Positions 27,579 through 37,479 of a stretch of DNA of 64,000 nt are shown piece by piece; within the stretch, counting starts at the first letter, position 1, and each line of letters starts with the position of its first letter. The stretch covers positions 3,657-67,656 of the forward strand of contig JBCCWI010000005.1 in NCBI GenBank assembly GCA_039193795.1, in the 5' to 3' direction. The stretch is from Actinomycetota bacterium (GTDB taxonomy: Bacteria > Actinomycetota > Acidimicrobiia > Acidimicrobiales > Aldehydirespiratoraceae). Under the pieces are notes generated by a model. That model ran no database searches. It was not told where the DNA came from and saw only the letters and a program-made list of their open reading frames with translations. The position numbers and the translations under genes were made by a program.

Positions 27579-28963
27579 TCGGCGAGGCGGAACCGGATCA
27601 CCCCGTCGTCGTTGCGCACGGTGTGGATTCCGAGCGGCTTGGTGACCGGGGCGCGGGTCGGTGATCCGTCGCGGAGCGCGAAGCGTCCGTTGTGCTTGGC
27701 GCACTCCAGCTCATCACCGACGATCGCACCTTCGGACAGCCGGACCCGTCGCGAGTGCGTGCACACGCCGTCGAGCGCACTGACCGCGCCCGACGCCGAG
27801 CGGCACACCACATAGGGCACCCCGTCGACCTCGACCTCACGCAGCGAACCCGGCCCGAGATCGTCGACCGTGCACACCTCGATCCACCCGTCGGCATCGG
27901 CGCGTCCCTGGATGGCGACCGGCACCTCGTCCTCGGATTCGGGGATGTCGCGAGGAAGCTCGAAGCTCGGGTCGTCGGCCTGGCCCCGGGCAGCGGTGAG
28001 GATCTCGCGGTAGGCGGCCAGCGTCGAAGGTGACGCCGGCGGGAGGTCGTCGCGGATCGCCTCGTGGAGGTCGGGCAGGTTGCGGTACGGCACGCTCGGG
28101 AACATGTGGTGTTCGACGTGGTAGTTCATGTTGAGGTACAGGAACCGGAAGATCGGGTTCATGTAGACCGTGCGGGTGTTGCGGCGATGGTCGAGCACGT
28201 TCTCGGCCAGTCCGGCGTGCTGGGTCGTGCCGAAGAACGACATGAGCCAGGCGCCGTAGAACGTCGGTCCCAACACGAACAACAGCGGCACCGCGGTCGT
28301 CGCCGCCACACAACCGGCGAGGATCGCCACGATCACGAGCCCGAAGACCCGCGCCTCCCACACGACCCGACGATGCAGCGCCGCCGGTACGTAGTCGTCC
28401 ACGTCCTCGTCGAGACGGCCGCGCGCATGGCGGAAGATCCGACGGATCAGGGTGGGGACGCCGACGAGACCGAGCAGGTTGAGCGTCCATGCCCGGAGGT
28501 TCATCGGTCGGGGGAACACGATCTCGGCGTCTCGGCCCACGATGATCGTGTCGCTGTGATGGCGCACGTGCGACCAGCGCCAGACCGTCGGCTCGCGCAG
28601 CAACATGAACGACGCCGGGTAGTAGACGAGGTCGTTCAGGAGTCCGCTGCGAAATGCGGTGCCGTGGCCACACTCGTGCCAGCGGGCGTCGGCGGCACCG
28701 CCGGCGAGCGCGCCGTAGACGAGGAACGCCGGCACGGCCCACCAGGATCCCAGCGTCGAGGCCGCCCACAGCCCCGATGCGACGATCAGCCCGACCCACA
28801 GCACGGTGTCGAGCCCGGCCCGGAGGTTGGTCCGGCCGGTCAGCTCGGCGAGCTCGGCGAATCCGATCGGCGATCGGTACCACTCGGCGTCGGCCAGCCC
28901 GGCTTCGAGCGCGCGCTGGGACTCGGGACCGGTCAGCGAGTAGTCCCGAGTCGGGGGCGCCAT
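27569..28963 (-). CDS. mocD: MocD-type membrane di-iron oxygenase (desaturase family) fused to MocE-type Rieske ferredoxin
   Basis: RDYSLTG..AEWY, His boxes HECGH, HVRHH and NMNYHVEHH; C-terminal CTH...CAKH Rieske motif. ATG at 28963. Confidence 0.85.
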   Translation of the reverse strand: MAPPTRDYSLTGPESQRALEAGLADAEWYRSPIGFAELAELTGRTNLRAGLDTVLWVGLIVASGLWAASTLGSWWAVPAFLVYGALAGGAADARWHECGHGTAFRSGLLNDLVYYPASFMLLREPTVWRWSHVRHHSDTIIVGRDAEIVFPRPMNLRAWTLNLLGLVGVPTLIRRIFRHARGRLDEDVDDYVPAALHRRVVWEARVFGLVIVAILAGCVAATTAVPLLFVLGPTFYGAWLMSFFGTTQHAGLAENVLDHRRNTRTVYMNPIFRFLYLNMNYHVEHHMFPSVPYRNLPDLHEAIRDDLPPASPSTLAAYREILTAARGQADDPSFELPRDIPESEDEVPVAIQGRADADGWIEVCTVDDLGPGSLREVEVDGVPYVVCRSASGAVSALDGVCTHSRRVRLSEGAIVGDELECAKHNGRFALRDGSPTRAPVTKPLGIHTVRNDDGVIRFRLADQS

Positions 28964-29826
28964 CAGTCGATCAGCTCCCGGAGCCGCCGCATCCGCGGTT
29001 TCACCAGGTCCTCGAGCAGACCGGCCCGGTCCGCCTCGGCCGCGAGCGCCGCCTCGCCCCACAGCGCACGGCCGACCATGAAGCCCGAACCGCCCGCCCG
29101 CACGGCGATCTCCACCTGGGTCAGGTAGGTGTCGAAGGAGCCGCCGCCCGACAGCAGCACCCAGGGCATCGTCGCGATCTCGGAGATGGTGCGGCAGGCG
29201 GCGAACCAGTGATCGTGGTCGGGATCCGAGGGATCGACCGGGAACGGGAGCTTCAACAGATCGGGCCCGATCGCAGCGAAGCGACGCGCCGTCTCCAACA
29301 CGAGCTTGGTCCGGATCGACGGATCATCGAGCTGGTAGAAGAGCGGTTCCAGCACCACGGGGATGCCGACCCGCCGGCACTCGGCGACGACGTCGCGCCC
29401 GACCTGCTCCTGGGCTTCGGCGAGCGGGCGATCGGGCCGGTACGGCAACAAGAGCTTGGCGCACGACGCCCCACTCGCCTTCGCCTGCTCGACCGACCAA
29501 CCGTCGAGCAGCTCGGTCGGCCCCTTCTCCGGGTCGCCGAGGTACCCCTGCGCCTCGAGGGCGGCGGTGAACCCGATGTCGACCGGCTTCGCTCCGGAGT
29601 CGATCAACTGGGGGATCGAGTACTCGGGTTCGAGCATCACGCCGGTGGCGTCGGGAGCGATCGCCCGCACCATCTGGTCCTTGAGATCGGTGATCTCCTG
29701 CCCGGTGAGGCTGTCGGGATCGTCGGGCCGGACGAACGCACGAAGCGAGTCGCGGTGATCGATGGCGAAGACGCCGAACCGGCGCTTGTCGTTGGTGAGG
29801 TCGTCGAGCATGGAAGCCATCTGCAT
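28963..29826 (-). CDS. LacD/YihT-type class I aldolase
   Basis: C-terminal part of ORF 28963..31644: FAIDHRDSL, LLKLPFP, PWVLLSGG and SGFMVGRALW. ATG at 29826. Confidence 0.82.
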   Translation of the reverse strand: MQMASMLDDLTNDKRRFGVFAIDHRDSLRAFVRPDDPDSLTGQEITDLKDQMVRAIAPDATGVMLEPEYSIPQLIDSGAKPVDIGFTAALEAQGYLGDPEKGPTELLDGWSVEQAKASGASCAKLLLPYRPDRPLAEAQEQVGRDVVAECRRVGIPVVLEPLFYQLDDPSIRTKLVLETARRFAAIGPDLLKLPFPVDPSDPDHDHWFAACRTISEIATMPWVLLSGGGSFDTYLTQVEIAVRAGGSGFMVGRALWGEAALAAEADRAGLLEDLVKPRMRRLRELID

Positions 29827-30665
29827 CAGGGGCGCACCTTCGGGAGTTCCCAGCCGAAGCGGTCCCAGTCCTCCTCGATCCACGTGTAGGCGTCGTGGAA
29901 GCAGGGAGGGGTGACACGCTCGCCGTCGACGAGTTCGCCGGCCAGGTAGTTGAGGAAGAACATGTGGCTGCCGGGCGCCGCTGCGGTCGAGTGGAAGCCC
30001 TTGGTGACGATGGCGCAGTCGCCGTCGCTCGCGGTGAGGACCTCGTCGAAGTCCTCGTCGGTGCGCCAGTTTCGATGCATGCAGAAGCCGTCGGCGGGGT
30101 CGAGCCGGAAGTAGTAGGTCTCCTCGAGATACGGCGACCCGTTGAAGCCGTCGTGGCAGTGGGGCGGCCACCCCGACCACGAGCCGCGCGGGACGTAGAC
30201 CTCGTAGAGGATGAGACGCTCGGCGTCGATCGGCGGGGCGAGCACGTTGTTGACCTGGCGGTAGGCGGCACCGCCGCCACGGAGTTCGCTGGTCATCGAC
30301 GCGGGTTCGATGATGCGGGCGGGATAGATGCCCTCGGCCGGGGCCGAACCGATCGCGAACTCGAACGACTCGTCGACGGCGACGATCTCGATCGCCGCAC
30401 CCGGCGGCGCGTACCCGACCCGAGGCATCTCCTCGAAGACCGACGTGCGGGACAGAGTGGTCTCGATGTCGCCGACCTTCACCGTGGCCGATCCGCTGAG
30501 CGGCACGACGGCGGTCTCCTGATCGGTGAGCAGGTGGTCGTGGCGTTCGCCGGGCTTCAGGCCGACGATCGCAAAGCTGAGATAGGTCCAACCCGCCGAC
30601 TCGGGCGTGATCTCCATCTGGACGGTCTTGGACCGGTCGGGGGTGAAGAGGTGTTCGTTCATCAT
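29826..30665 (-). CDS. iolB: 5-deoxy-glucuronate isomerase (IolB paralog 1)
   Basis: ITPESAGWTY, WSGWPPHCHD, LEETYYFR and FFLNYLAG. Confidence 0.88.
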   Translation of the reverse strand: MMNEHLFTPDRSKTVQMEITPESAGWTYLSFAIVGLKPGERHDHLLTDQETAVVPLSGSATVKVGDIETTLSRTSVFEEMPRVGYAPPGAAIEIVAVDESFEFAIGSAPAEGIYPARIIEPASMTSELRGGGAAYRQVNNVLAPPIDAERLILYEVYVPRGSWSGWPPHCHDGFNGSPYLEETYYFRLDPADGFCMHRNWRTDEDFDEVLTASDGDCAIVTKGFHSTAAAPGSHMFFLNYLAGELVDGERVTPPCFHDAYTWIEEDWDRFGWELPKVRP

Positions 30666-31672
30666 GCTCCTGCGATTTCCGAGATGGCGACGGGACGGCC
30701 CTCGTCCATCGAGCGTTTGGCGGCCATGCCGATGACGAGCGGGGCTCGCCCATCGGCACCACTGATCGGAGTCGGGGTACCGTTCTCGACCGAGTCGACG
30801 AACGCCGCCCACTGATCGAGATAGCTGGCGGTGTAGCGCTCGAGGAAGAAGTTCTGGAGCGGCGGTTGGCGATAGCCCTGATCGGTGGCCAGCACGGCGT
30901 TGACGTCGTGGTGGTTGTTCGACTGGGCCATGCCGTTGCTGCCGAAGGCCTCGACCCGCTGGTCGTAGCCATAGGCGGCACGGCGGCTGATGTCGATCGT
31001 GGTGAGGCAGCCGTTCTCATGGGTGAGGACGATGACGGCCGTGTCGACGTCGCCGGCCTCGCCGATGGCAGGGTCGACGCGCACCCGGCCGAGGGCGTAC
31101 ACCGACTCGACCTCGCTGCCGGTGACGTAGCGGGCCATGTCGAAGTCGTGGATCGCCATGTCGTTGAAGATCCCGCCCGACACCTCGATGTAGGCGATCG
31201 GCGGCGGCGCCGGATCGCGGCTGGTGATGTTGACGACCTCGACGTCGCCGACCGCACCATGGGCGACCGCGTCGGCGACGGCCTTGTGCGACGGATCGAA
31301 ACGGCGGTTGAAGCCGATGTGCAGCGGCACGCCGGCGGCCTCGACGGCGGCGAGACCTCGGTCGACCTCGGCGACGTCGAGGCTGATCGGCTTCTCGCAG
31401 AAGATGGCCCGGCCCGCCTCGGCGGCGGCGACCATGACGTCCACATGGGTGTCGGTCGAGGTGCAGATCGCGACCGCATCGGCGTCGATCGCCATCGCAT
31501 CCTCCTGGCTCGTCGCCACGGCCACGCCGAGCTCGGCGCCGACGGTCTCGGCCGCCTCGCTGAAGACGTCGAACACGCCGACGACCTCGGCGCCGGCGAC
31601 CCGACGATGCAGATACTCGGCGTGCATCGAACCGATGCGGCCACAGCCGAGCACGACGAAACGAACGGTCAT
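30662..31672 (-). CDS. iolG: Inositol 2-dehydrogenase
   Basis: GCGRIG, FCEKPI, GFNRRFD, SRDPAPP, DMAIHDFD, YGYDQRVE and FFLERY. ATG at 31672. Confidence 0.9.
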   Translation of the reverse strand: MTVRFVVLGCGRIGSMHAEYLHRRVAGAEVVGVFDVFSEAAETVGAELGVAVATSQEDAMAIDADAVAICTSTDTHVDVMVAAAEAGRAIFCEKPISLDVAEVDRGLAAVEAAGVPLHIGFNRRFDPSHKAVADAVAHGAVGDVEVVNITSRDPAPPPIAYIEVSGGIFNDMAIHDFDMARYVTGSEVESVYALGRVRVDPAIGEAGDVDTAVIVLTHENGCLTTIDISRRAAYGYDQRVEAFGSNGMAQSNNHHDVNAVLATDQGYRQPPLQNFFLERYTASYLDQWAAFVDSVENGTPTPISGADGRAPLVIGMAAKRSMDEGRPVAISEIAGA

Positions 31673-32664
31673 GAACCGGCCTCGCTTTCGTTGTTGGAGG
31701 AGTAGAGCGCCGGCTTGGCCGGCAGATCGACACCGACGGGGCCACCGTCGGCCGCGGCGGACGCAGCGGCGGCCTCGACCACGGCCTGGGCGGCGTAACC
31801 GTCCCAGGCGGACGGGCCCCGGGCGGCACGGGCGTCGACCGAGGCGAGGAAGTCGCGCATCTCGACCCGGTACGTGTCGAGGAACGGTGAGAACCAGTCG
31901 TCGCCGATCTCCCCGGCGACCACGCCGTCGGCCCGCACCGCGGCCCGCAGCGGTTCGGCGGCGACGACGTTGCCACGTTCGGCGGTGACTTCGACCGACA
32001 CCTCGTACCCGGTGGCGATGTCGTCGAACTCGAGCACGGCGACGGCACCACCTGCGAGGCGACAGGTGGCGATGATCATGCGGGTGCCGGCGCCTCCGGC
32101 GACGACCGACGTGGCGACCGAGACGATCTCGTCGGCGCCGAGCCACCGCACCGTGTGGATGTCGTGGATGATCGACTCGACGAGCATCTGCGGCACGCTG
32201 CGCGAGCCGTCGTTGGTGTTGCGGTGCACGCAGCGGATGTGCCGCGCCGCACCGATGCGATCGAGCGCTGCGGCCACTTGGGTGTGGCGCTCGTCGTAGA
32301 CCCGCATGAAACCGAGCTGGATCAACCGCCGCCCGAGGGCGACCTCGGTGTCGACGATCTCACGGGCATCGGCGAGCTCCACGGTGAGCGGCTTCTCGGC
32401 CAGGATCGGCAGGCCCCGCTCGAGGCCGGCCATGACATAGCGGTGGTGGAAGCGGTCGGGGCATGCGATGACTAGGGCATCGGCATCGTCGATGCGATCC
32501 ATGCCTTCGGCCACCCACTCGCAGCCGAGTTCGGCGGCGAGGGCTCGACCGGTCGCCTCGTCGGGATCGGCGACCCAGGCCAGCTCGGCGCCGGCGAGAT
32601 CGACGACGTGGCGGGCGTGACACGCCCCCATGCCGCCGACACCGATGACACCGACCCGGATCAC
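31669..32664 (-). CDS. Gfo/Idh/MocA oxidoreductase (inositol dehydrogenase-like)
   Basis: GVIGVGGMG, AEKPL, GFMRVYD, IIHDIH and GPSAWDGY. GTG at 32664. Confidence 0.87.
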   Translation of the reverse strand: MIRVGVIGVGGMGACHARHVVDLAGAELAWVADPDEATGRALAAELGCEWVAEGMDRIDDADALVIACPDRFHHRYVMAGLERGLPILAEKPLTVELADAREIVDTEVALGRRLIQLGFMRVYDERHTQVAAALDRIGAARHIRCVHRNTNDGSRSVPQMLVESIIHDIHTVRWLGADEIVSVATSVVAGGAGTRMIIATCRLAGGAVAVLEFDDIATGYEVSVEVTAERGNVVAAEPLRAAVRADGVVAGEIGDDWFSPFLDTYRVEMRDFLASVDARAARGPSAWDGYAAQAVVEAAAASAAADGGPVGVDLPAKPALYSSNNESEAGS

Positions 32665-33488
32665 GACCGCAGCTCCGGGGGGAGTTCGCCCAGCTCGGGC
32701 CCGGGGCGGGGCTCGTCGGCCACACCGAGGATCGTCTGGTCCCAGTCGATGTCCTGGCCGGTGAGGAAGCCGCTCTCGGGCGAGCAGAGGTGCACGATCG
32801 TGTGGGCGATCTCGTCGGGCTTGATCAGCTTGCCCATCGGCTGCACGGCCTCGGCCCGCTCGAGCCAGCCGTCGGTCGCGCCTTCGTGGCGGCGCTGGGT
32901 GATGTCTTCCGCGGGCGTGTCCATCCAGCCCGGGTTGAGCATGTTCACCCGAACCCGGTGCCGCATGAGGGTGAAGGCCATGTTGCGGGTGGCGGCGACC
33001 AGCGCCATCTTCGACGCCGAGTACGGCAACAGATTGGGCGCACCGCCGTGACGGGCGACCGAGCCGATCAGCACGATCGAGCCGTCGACGCCCTCGCGCA
33101 CCATGAGCTTGGCGGATTCCTGAGCGACGAGGCAGGCGGCGCGCACGTTGAGGGCCATCATCTCGTCCCACATCTCGGCGGTGGAGTCCCACACCGAGCC
33201 GCGGAAGGTGGCCGCCGCACAGTTGACGGTGGCGTGCACGGTGCCGAACGCGTCGTCGGTTGCGGCGATACACTGCGCCGGCCCGTCGGGGTCGGACAGA
33301 TCGATCGACACGAACTCGGCCCGACAGCCGTCGCCGGTGAGCGACGCTGCGGCAGCCTCACCCTTGGCCGGATCGCGACCGACCAATATCAGCCCACTCG
33401 CGCCCTTCTCCTTGAGCAGGGCAGCGGTGGCGTAGCCGAGGCCCTGGGTGCCTCCGGTGATGAGCGCGACCCGCCCGTCGAAACTCAC
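32661..33488 (-). CDS. SDR oxidoreductase
   Basis: ITGGTQGLG, YSASK and NPGWMDT. GTG at 33488. Confidence 0.88.
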   Translation of the reverse strand: MSFDGRVALITGGTQGLGYATAALLKEKGASGLILVGRDPAKGEAAAASLTGDGCRAEFVSIDLSDPDGPAQCIAATDDAFGTVHATVNCAAATFRGSVWDSTAEMWDEMMALNVRAACLVAQESAKLMVREGVDGSIVLIGSVARHGGAPNLLPYSASKMALVAATRNMAFTLMRHRVRVNMLNPGWMDTPAEDITQRRHEGATDGWLERAEAVQPMGKLIKPDEIAHTIVHLCSPESGFLTGQDIDWDQTILGVADEPRPGPELGELPPELRS

Positions 33489-33490
33489 GA

Positions 33491-35344
33491 CTACCAACCC
33501 GCCCGCTGGTCGGTCTTGCCCTCGTCGAGTTCGGCTCGCGCCTCGCGGACCGACGTATACGCCGACACCTCCGGGACGCCGACCTCCCACCACGACCCAC
33601 CCTCGGTCCAGCTGTTCTGGTGGGTCTGGAGGGCGATGACCGTCGTGCGGTCGGCTTCCTTGGCCCGCTTCCAGGCGGCCTCGAGTTCGTCGATCGTCGA
33701 CACGGTTTCCGCGATGCACCCCATCGCCGCAGCGTGGGCGGCGAAGTCGACGCGCACCTCCTCGACGATCTTGGAGTCGGCGATCAGGTTGTTGAACGGG
33801 TTGCCGCCCTGATTGACCTGGAGGCGATTGATCACGGCGAAACCGCCGTTGTCGCAGACGATCACGATCATCTTGTGACCCGACAGCACCGAGCTGTAGA
33901 GGTCGCTGTTCATCATCAGGTAGGAGCCGTCGCCCACGAAGACGGTGACGTCCTTGTCGGGGAGCGCCATCGCCGCACCCCACCCGCCGGAGATCTCGTA
34001 GCCCATGCACGAGAAGCCGTACTCACAGTCGAAGCTGTTGAGTGACTTCTGGCGCCAGCCGTTGTTGACCTCACCCGGGAAGCCGCCGGCGGCGGCGAGG
34101 GCGAAGTCCTCGGGACCGGCGAGGCGATCGACCACGCCCACGACCTGGGCGTACGTTGGCAGCTCGTCGCCGTTGGCGTCGGGGGCCGCGATCTTGTCGA
34201 TGTAGGCGTGGTACTGCGCCACCTCGGCCGACGCGGTCTCGCCCCACGACTCCGGCGCCCGGTAGTCGCCGATACGGCCGGTGAGATCGGTGAGCGCCTC
34301 GCGAGCGTCGCCGACCACCGGCAACGCCAGGTGCTTGGTGGCGTCCCAGCGAGCGGTGTTGATGCCGACGATCTTCACGTCGGCGTTCTTGAAGACGGTC
34401 CACGAACCGGTGGTGAAGTCCTCGAGCCGGGTGCCGACCGCCAGCACCACGTCGGCCTCGGCGGCCAGGTTGTTGGCCGACTCACACCCGGTCACGCCGA
34501 TCGGTCCGGCGTACATCGGATGCGAGGCGAGCAGCGACGCCTTGCCGGCGACGGTCTCGACGACCGGGATGTTGTGGGTCTCGGCGAACGCGGCGAGCTC
34601 GGCCTCGGCGAACGAGTAGTGCACGCCACCACCGGCGATGATCAGCGGCTTCTCCGCAGCCGCGATCGCAGCCGCGGCCGAGTCGAGCTGATGGATGTCA
34701 GCGCGGGGCCGGACGAGCTGATGGATCTGTTCGTCGAAGAAGCGGATCGGGAAGTCGTAGGCCTCGGCGGCGACGTCCTGAGGCAGCCCGATGAACGCCG
34801 GGCCACAGTCGGCGGGATCGAGCATCGTCTGCACGGCGTGGGGCAGCGATGACACGACCTGCTCCGGCTTCATGATGCGATCCCAGTAGCGGCTCACCGA
34901 GCGGAAGGCGTCGTTGACCGTCGTCGACGGCTCACCGAAGTGCTCGACCTGCTGCAACACCGGGTCGGGAAGTCGGCTGGCGAACGTGTCGCCGGCGATG
35001 AGCAGCAACGGGATGCGATTGGAGTGAGCCACGCCCGCCGCGGTGACCATGTTGGTCGCGCCGGGGCCGACCGAGCTGGTCGCCACCATGATCTGACGCC
35101 GGCGCACGGTCTTGGCGTAGGCGGTGGCGGCCAGCGCCATGCCCTGTTCGTTCTGCCCCCGCCACGTCGGCAGCTCGTCTTGATGTTGCTCGAGTGCATG
35201 CCCGAGGCAGGTGACGTTGCCGTGCCCGAAGATGGCGAACACACCGGGGAACAGCGGCTCGACGTCGCCGTCGGGCATGACCGTCTTCTGGGCGATGAGG
35301 TATCGGACGATGGCCTCGGCCGTCGTGAGTCGGATCGTCTCCAT
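33491..35344 (-). CDS. iolD: THcHDO hydrolase
   Basis: IFGHGNV, NEQGMA, PDPVLQQ, EYGFSCMGYEI, GDGSYLM and WWEVGVPEVS. Confidence 0.96.
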   Translation of the reverse strand: METIRLTTAEAIVRYLIAQKTVMPDGDVEPLFPGVFAIFGHGNVTCLGHALEQHQDELPTWRGQNEQGMALAATAYAKTVRRRQIMVATSSVGPGATNMVTAAGVAHSNRIPLLLIAGDTFASRLPDPVLQQVEHFGEPSTTVNDAFRSVSRYWDRIMKPEQVVSSLPHAVQTMLDPADCGPAFIGLPQDVAAEAYDFPIRFFDEQIHQLVRPRADIHQLDSAAAAIAAAEKPLIIAGGGVHYSFAEAELAAFAETHNIPVVETVAGKASLLASHPMYAGPIGVTGCESANNLAAEADVVLAVGTRLEDFTTGSWTVFKNADVKIVGINTARWDATKHLALPVVGDAREALTDLTGRIGDYRAPESWGETASAEVAQYHAYIDKIAAPDANGDELPTYAQVVGVVDRLAGPEDFALAAAGGFPGEVNNGWRQKSLNSFDCEYGFSCMGYEISGGWGAAMALPDKDVTVFVGDGSYLMMNSDLYSSVLSGHKMIVIVCDNGGFAVINRLQVNQGGNPFNNLIADSKIVEEVRVDFAAHAAAMGCIAETVSTIDELEAAWKRAKEADRTTVIALQTHQNSWTEGGSWWEVGVPEVSAYTSVREARAELDEGKTDQRAGW

Positions 35345-35362
35345 GGTCTCTCCTGATCCTGG

Positions 35363-36541
35363 TCAGTCGCGCGGGCTCAGCCGCTCGACGGTCTCCCACT
35401 TCTCGGACTCCCACGAGCGCAACAGAGCGTCCTGCACGCTCACGTAGTCGATCGCCTCGGCGAACCCGGGGTCGTGTTGGCGCCCGTTCGCGACCGACGT
35501 GAGGAACTCGAACTCCTCGATGACCTTGAGGTCCTCGTAGCCGATCGGGTTGGCGTCGCCCGGCACGAAGTTGCCGTGGTAGGGGAAGCGATCGCCGGAG
35601 TAGACGGTCTTGTAGCCGAGCTCGGGCTCAGCGGCCCGGAACAACTTCAACTCGTTCATGGTCTCGAGGTTCCACATCAACGAACCCTCGGTGCCGTACA
35701 CCTCGAACGCACACTGGCTCTGCGGACCGACGATCGAGCGGCTCGCCTCGAACACCCCACGAGCGCCGTTCTCGAACACGCACATCGCGCCGAAGTAGTC
35801 CTCGTTCTCGACCGTGCCCGTCGGATCACCGGGCTTGCCGGCGTCGTAGTGGGTGCCGCCCGGCTTCGGGAGCGGACGTTCGGGGATCTGGATGTGACCC
35901 GTACCGACGACCTTCTCGATACCGCCGATCAGCATGTGGGCCAGGTCGACCGAATGGCTGAGGATGTCCGACGACACGCCGTGGCCGGCCTCGTCGAGCA
36001 TGAACCGCCAGCTCAGCAGGCCCATCGGGTCGGCGCCGTACATCGAGAAGAAGCGGCCCCGGTAGTTGGTGATCTCCCCGAGCTCACCCGAGTCGATCAG
36101 CTGCTTCGCGTATTGCACCAGCGGTGCCCAGCGGTAGTTGTAGCCGACGCCGGTGATGACCCCGGCGGCCCGGGTCGCGGCCTCGATCCGCACGGTCTGC
36201 TCGGGCTTCCCGCCGACCGGCTTCTCGCAGAAGATGTGCTTGCCGGCTTCGGCTGCAGCGATCGCGATCGGCTCGTGGAGCATGTTCGGCGCGCAGATGA
36301 CCACCACGTCGATCTCGTCGTTGTTGACGAGGTCGTTCCAGTCGACCGAGCCGTGGCGGAAGCCGAAGTCGGCGACGGCCTGCTCGACCCGCGACGCCAT
36401 GTTGTCGCTGATCATGACGAGCTCGGCGTCGAAGTCGCGTTCGGGGAAGAGGGTCGGGATGCGCAGGATCGAGCGGGTGTGGGCCTGGCCCATCCACCCG
36501 AAGCCGACGACACCGACGCGGATCTTCTTGCGGTTGCTCAC
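35363..36541 (-). CDS. Gfo/Idh/MocA oxidoreductase
   Basis: GFGWMG, FCEKPVG, GYNYR and IGYEDLKVIE. Confidence 0.88.
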   Translation of the reverse strand: MSNRKKIRVGVVGFGWMGQAHTRSILRIPTLFPERDFDAELVMISDNMASRVEQAVADFGFRHGSVDWNDLVNNDEIDVVVICAPNMLHEPIAIAAAEAGKHIFCEKPVGGKPEQTVRIEAATRAAGVITGVGYNYRWAPLVQYAKQLIDSGELGEITNYRGRFFSMYGADPMGLLSWRFMLDEAGHGVSSDILSHSVDLAHMLIGGIEKVVGTGHIQIPERPLPKPGGTHYDAGKPGDPTGTVENEDYFGAMCVFENGARGVFEASRSIVGPQSQCAFEVYGTEGSLMWNLETMNELKLFRAAEPELGYKTVYSGDRFPYHGNFVPGDANPIGYEDLKVIEEFEFLTSVANGRQHDPGFAEAIDYVSVQDALLRSWESEKWETVERLSPRD

Positions 36542-37479
36542 GGGTGCTTCTTCTCCAGGACCTCGTAGACGTGGGGGTTGACGACGTCGATCGGGCGCTC
36601 GCCGGCCAGGACCTGGCGGGCGTTCTCGATCGCGCCGGAGTACATGCGCACCCGTCCCTTGTCGGTGGCGGAGGCGATGTGGGGGGTGACCACGACGTTG
36701 TCGCGGTGCAGCAGGGTGTGCTCGGGGTCGAGCGGCTCCGGGGCGGTGACGTCGAGCCCGGCTGCGTAGACCTTGCCCGAGTCGAGCGCGTCGATCAGCG
36801 CCTGGGTGTCGATCACGCCACCGCGGGCAGCGTTGACGATCACGACGTCGTCCCGCATGCGGGCGAAGGCGCCGGCGTCCAGCAGATCGCGGGTCTCGTC
36901 GGTGAGCGGGGTGTGCATCGTGATCACCCGGCTCTCGGCGAGGATCGTGTCGAAATCGACCTGCTCGTGCTCGGTCACCTCGACGTAGGGGTCACACACG
37001 AGGACCCGCATGTCCATCGCCGCACACATGCGCGCGACCCGGCTGCCGATCCGTCCATGACCGACGACGCCCACCGTGGCGCCGCTCAGCTCGATGCCTT
37101 CGTGAGCGGCGTAGAAGTCCTGGCGACCGGCACGAAGCCGGGCGACGTTGTTGGCGGTGAACTTGGTGGCCGCCATCAGCAGGCTCATCGTGTGTTCGGC
37201 GGTGGAGATCGAGGGCGCGTCGGGCGTGTTGCAGACGACGACACCCTGCGCCGCCGCGGCGTCGAGGTCGACGGTGTCGAAGCCGATGCCCGAACGCGAG
37301 ATCACCTCCAGCATCGTTCCCGAGGCGATGCGGTCCGCCGGCCACAGCGACGCGCCGGCGATGGCGGCCCGGCAGGTCGGCAGCTCGGCCTCGTCGGGCC
37401 CGACGACCTCCCAGTCGGGGCCGAACAATTCGGCGAACCCCGGCGGTAGCGGGCGGTCGATGAAGATGCGCTCAGGCAT
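36538..37479 (-). CDS. D-isomer-specific 2-hydroxyacid dehydrogenase
   Basis: GVVGHGRIG, VNAARGG, AGLDV..EP and TPHIAS. Confidence 0.9.
   Translation of the reverse strand: MPERIFIDRPLPPGFAELFGPDWEVVGPDEAELPTCRAAIAGASLWPADRIASGTMLEVISRSGIGFDTVDLDAAAAQGVVVCNTPDAPSISTAEHTMSLLMAATKFTANNVARLRAGRQDFYAAHEGIELSGATVGVVGHGRIGSRVARMCAAMDMRVLVCDPYVEVTEHEQVDFDTILAESRVITMHTPLTDETRDLLDAGAFARMRDDVVIVNAARGGVIDTQALIDALDSGKVYAAGLDVTAPEPLDPEHTLLHRDNVVVTPHIASATDKGRVRMYSGAIENARQVLAGERPIDVVNPHVYEVLEKKHP

Noticed and set aside
28963-31644. 893-aa ORF as a giant fusion protein
   Set aside because: Only the last 287 aa (aldolase) look real; the upstream part is an off-frame read across iolG and iolB.
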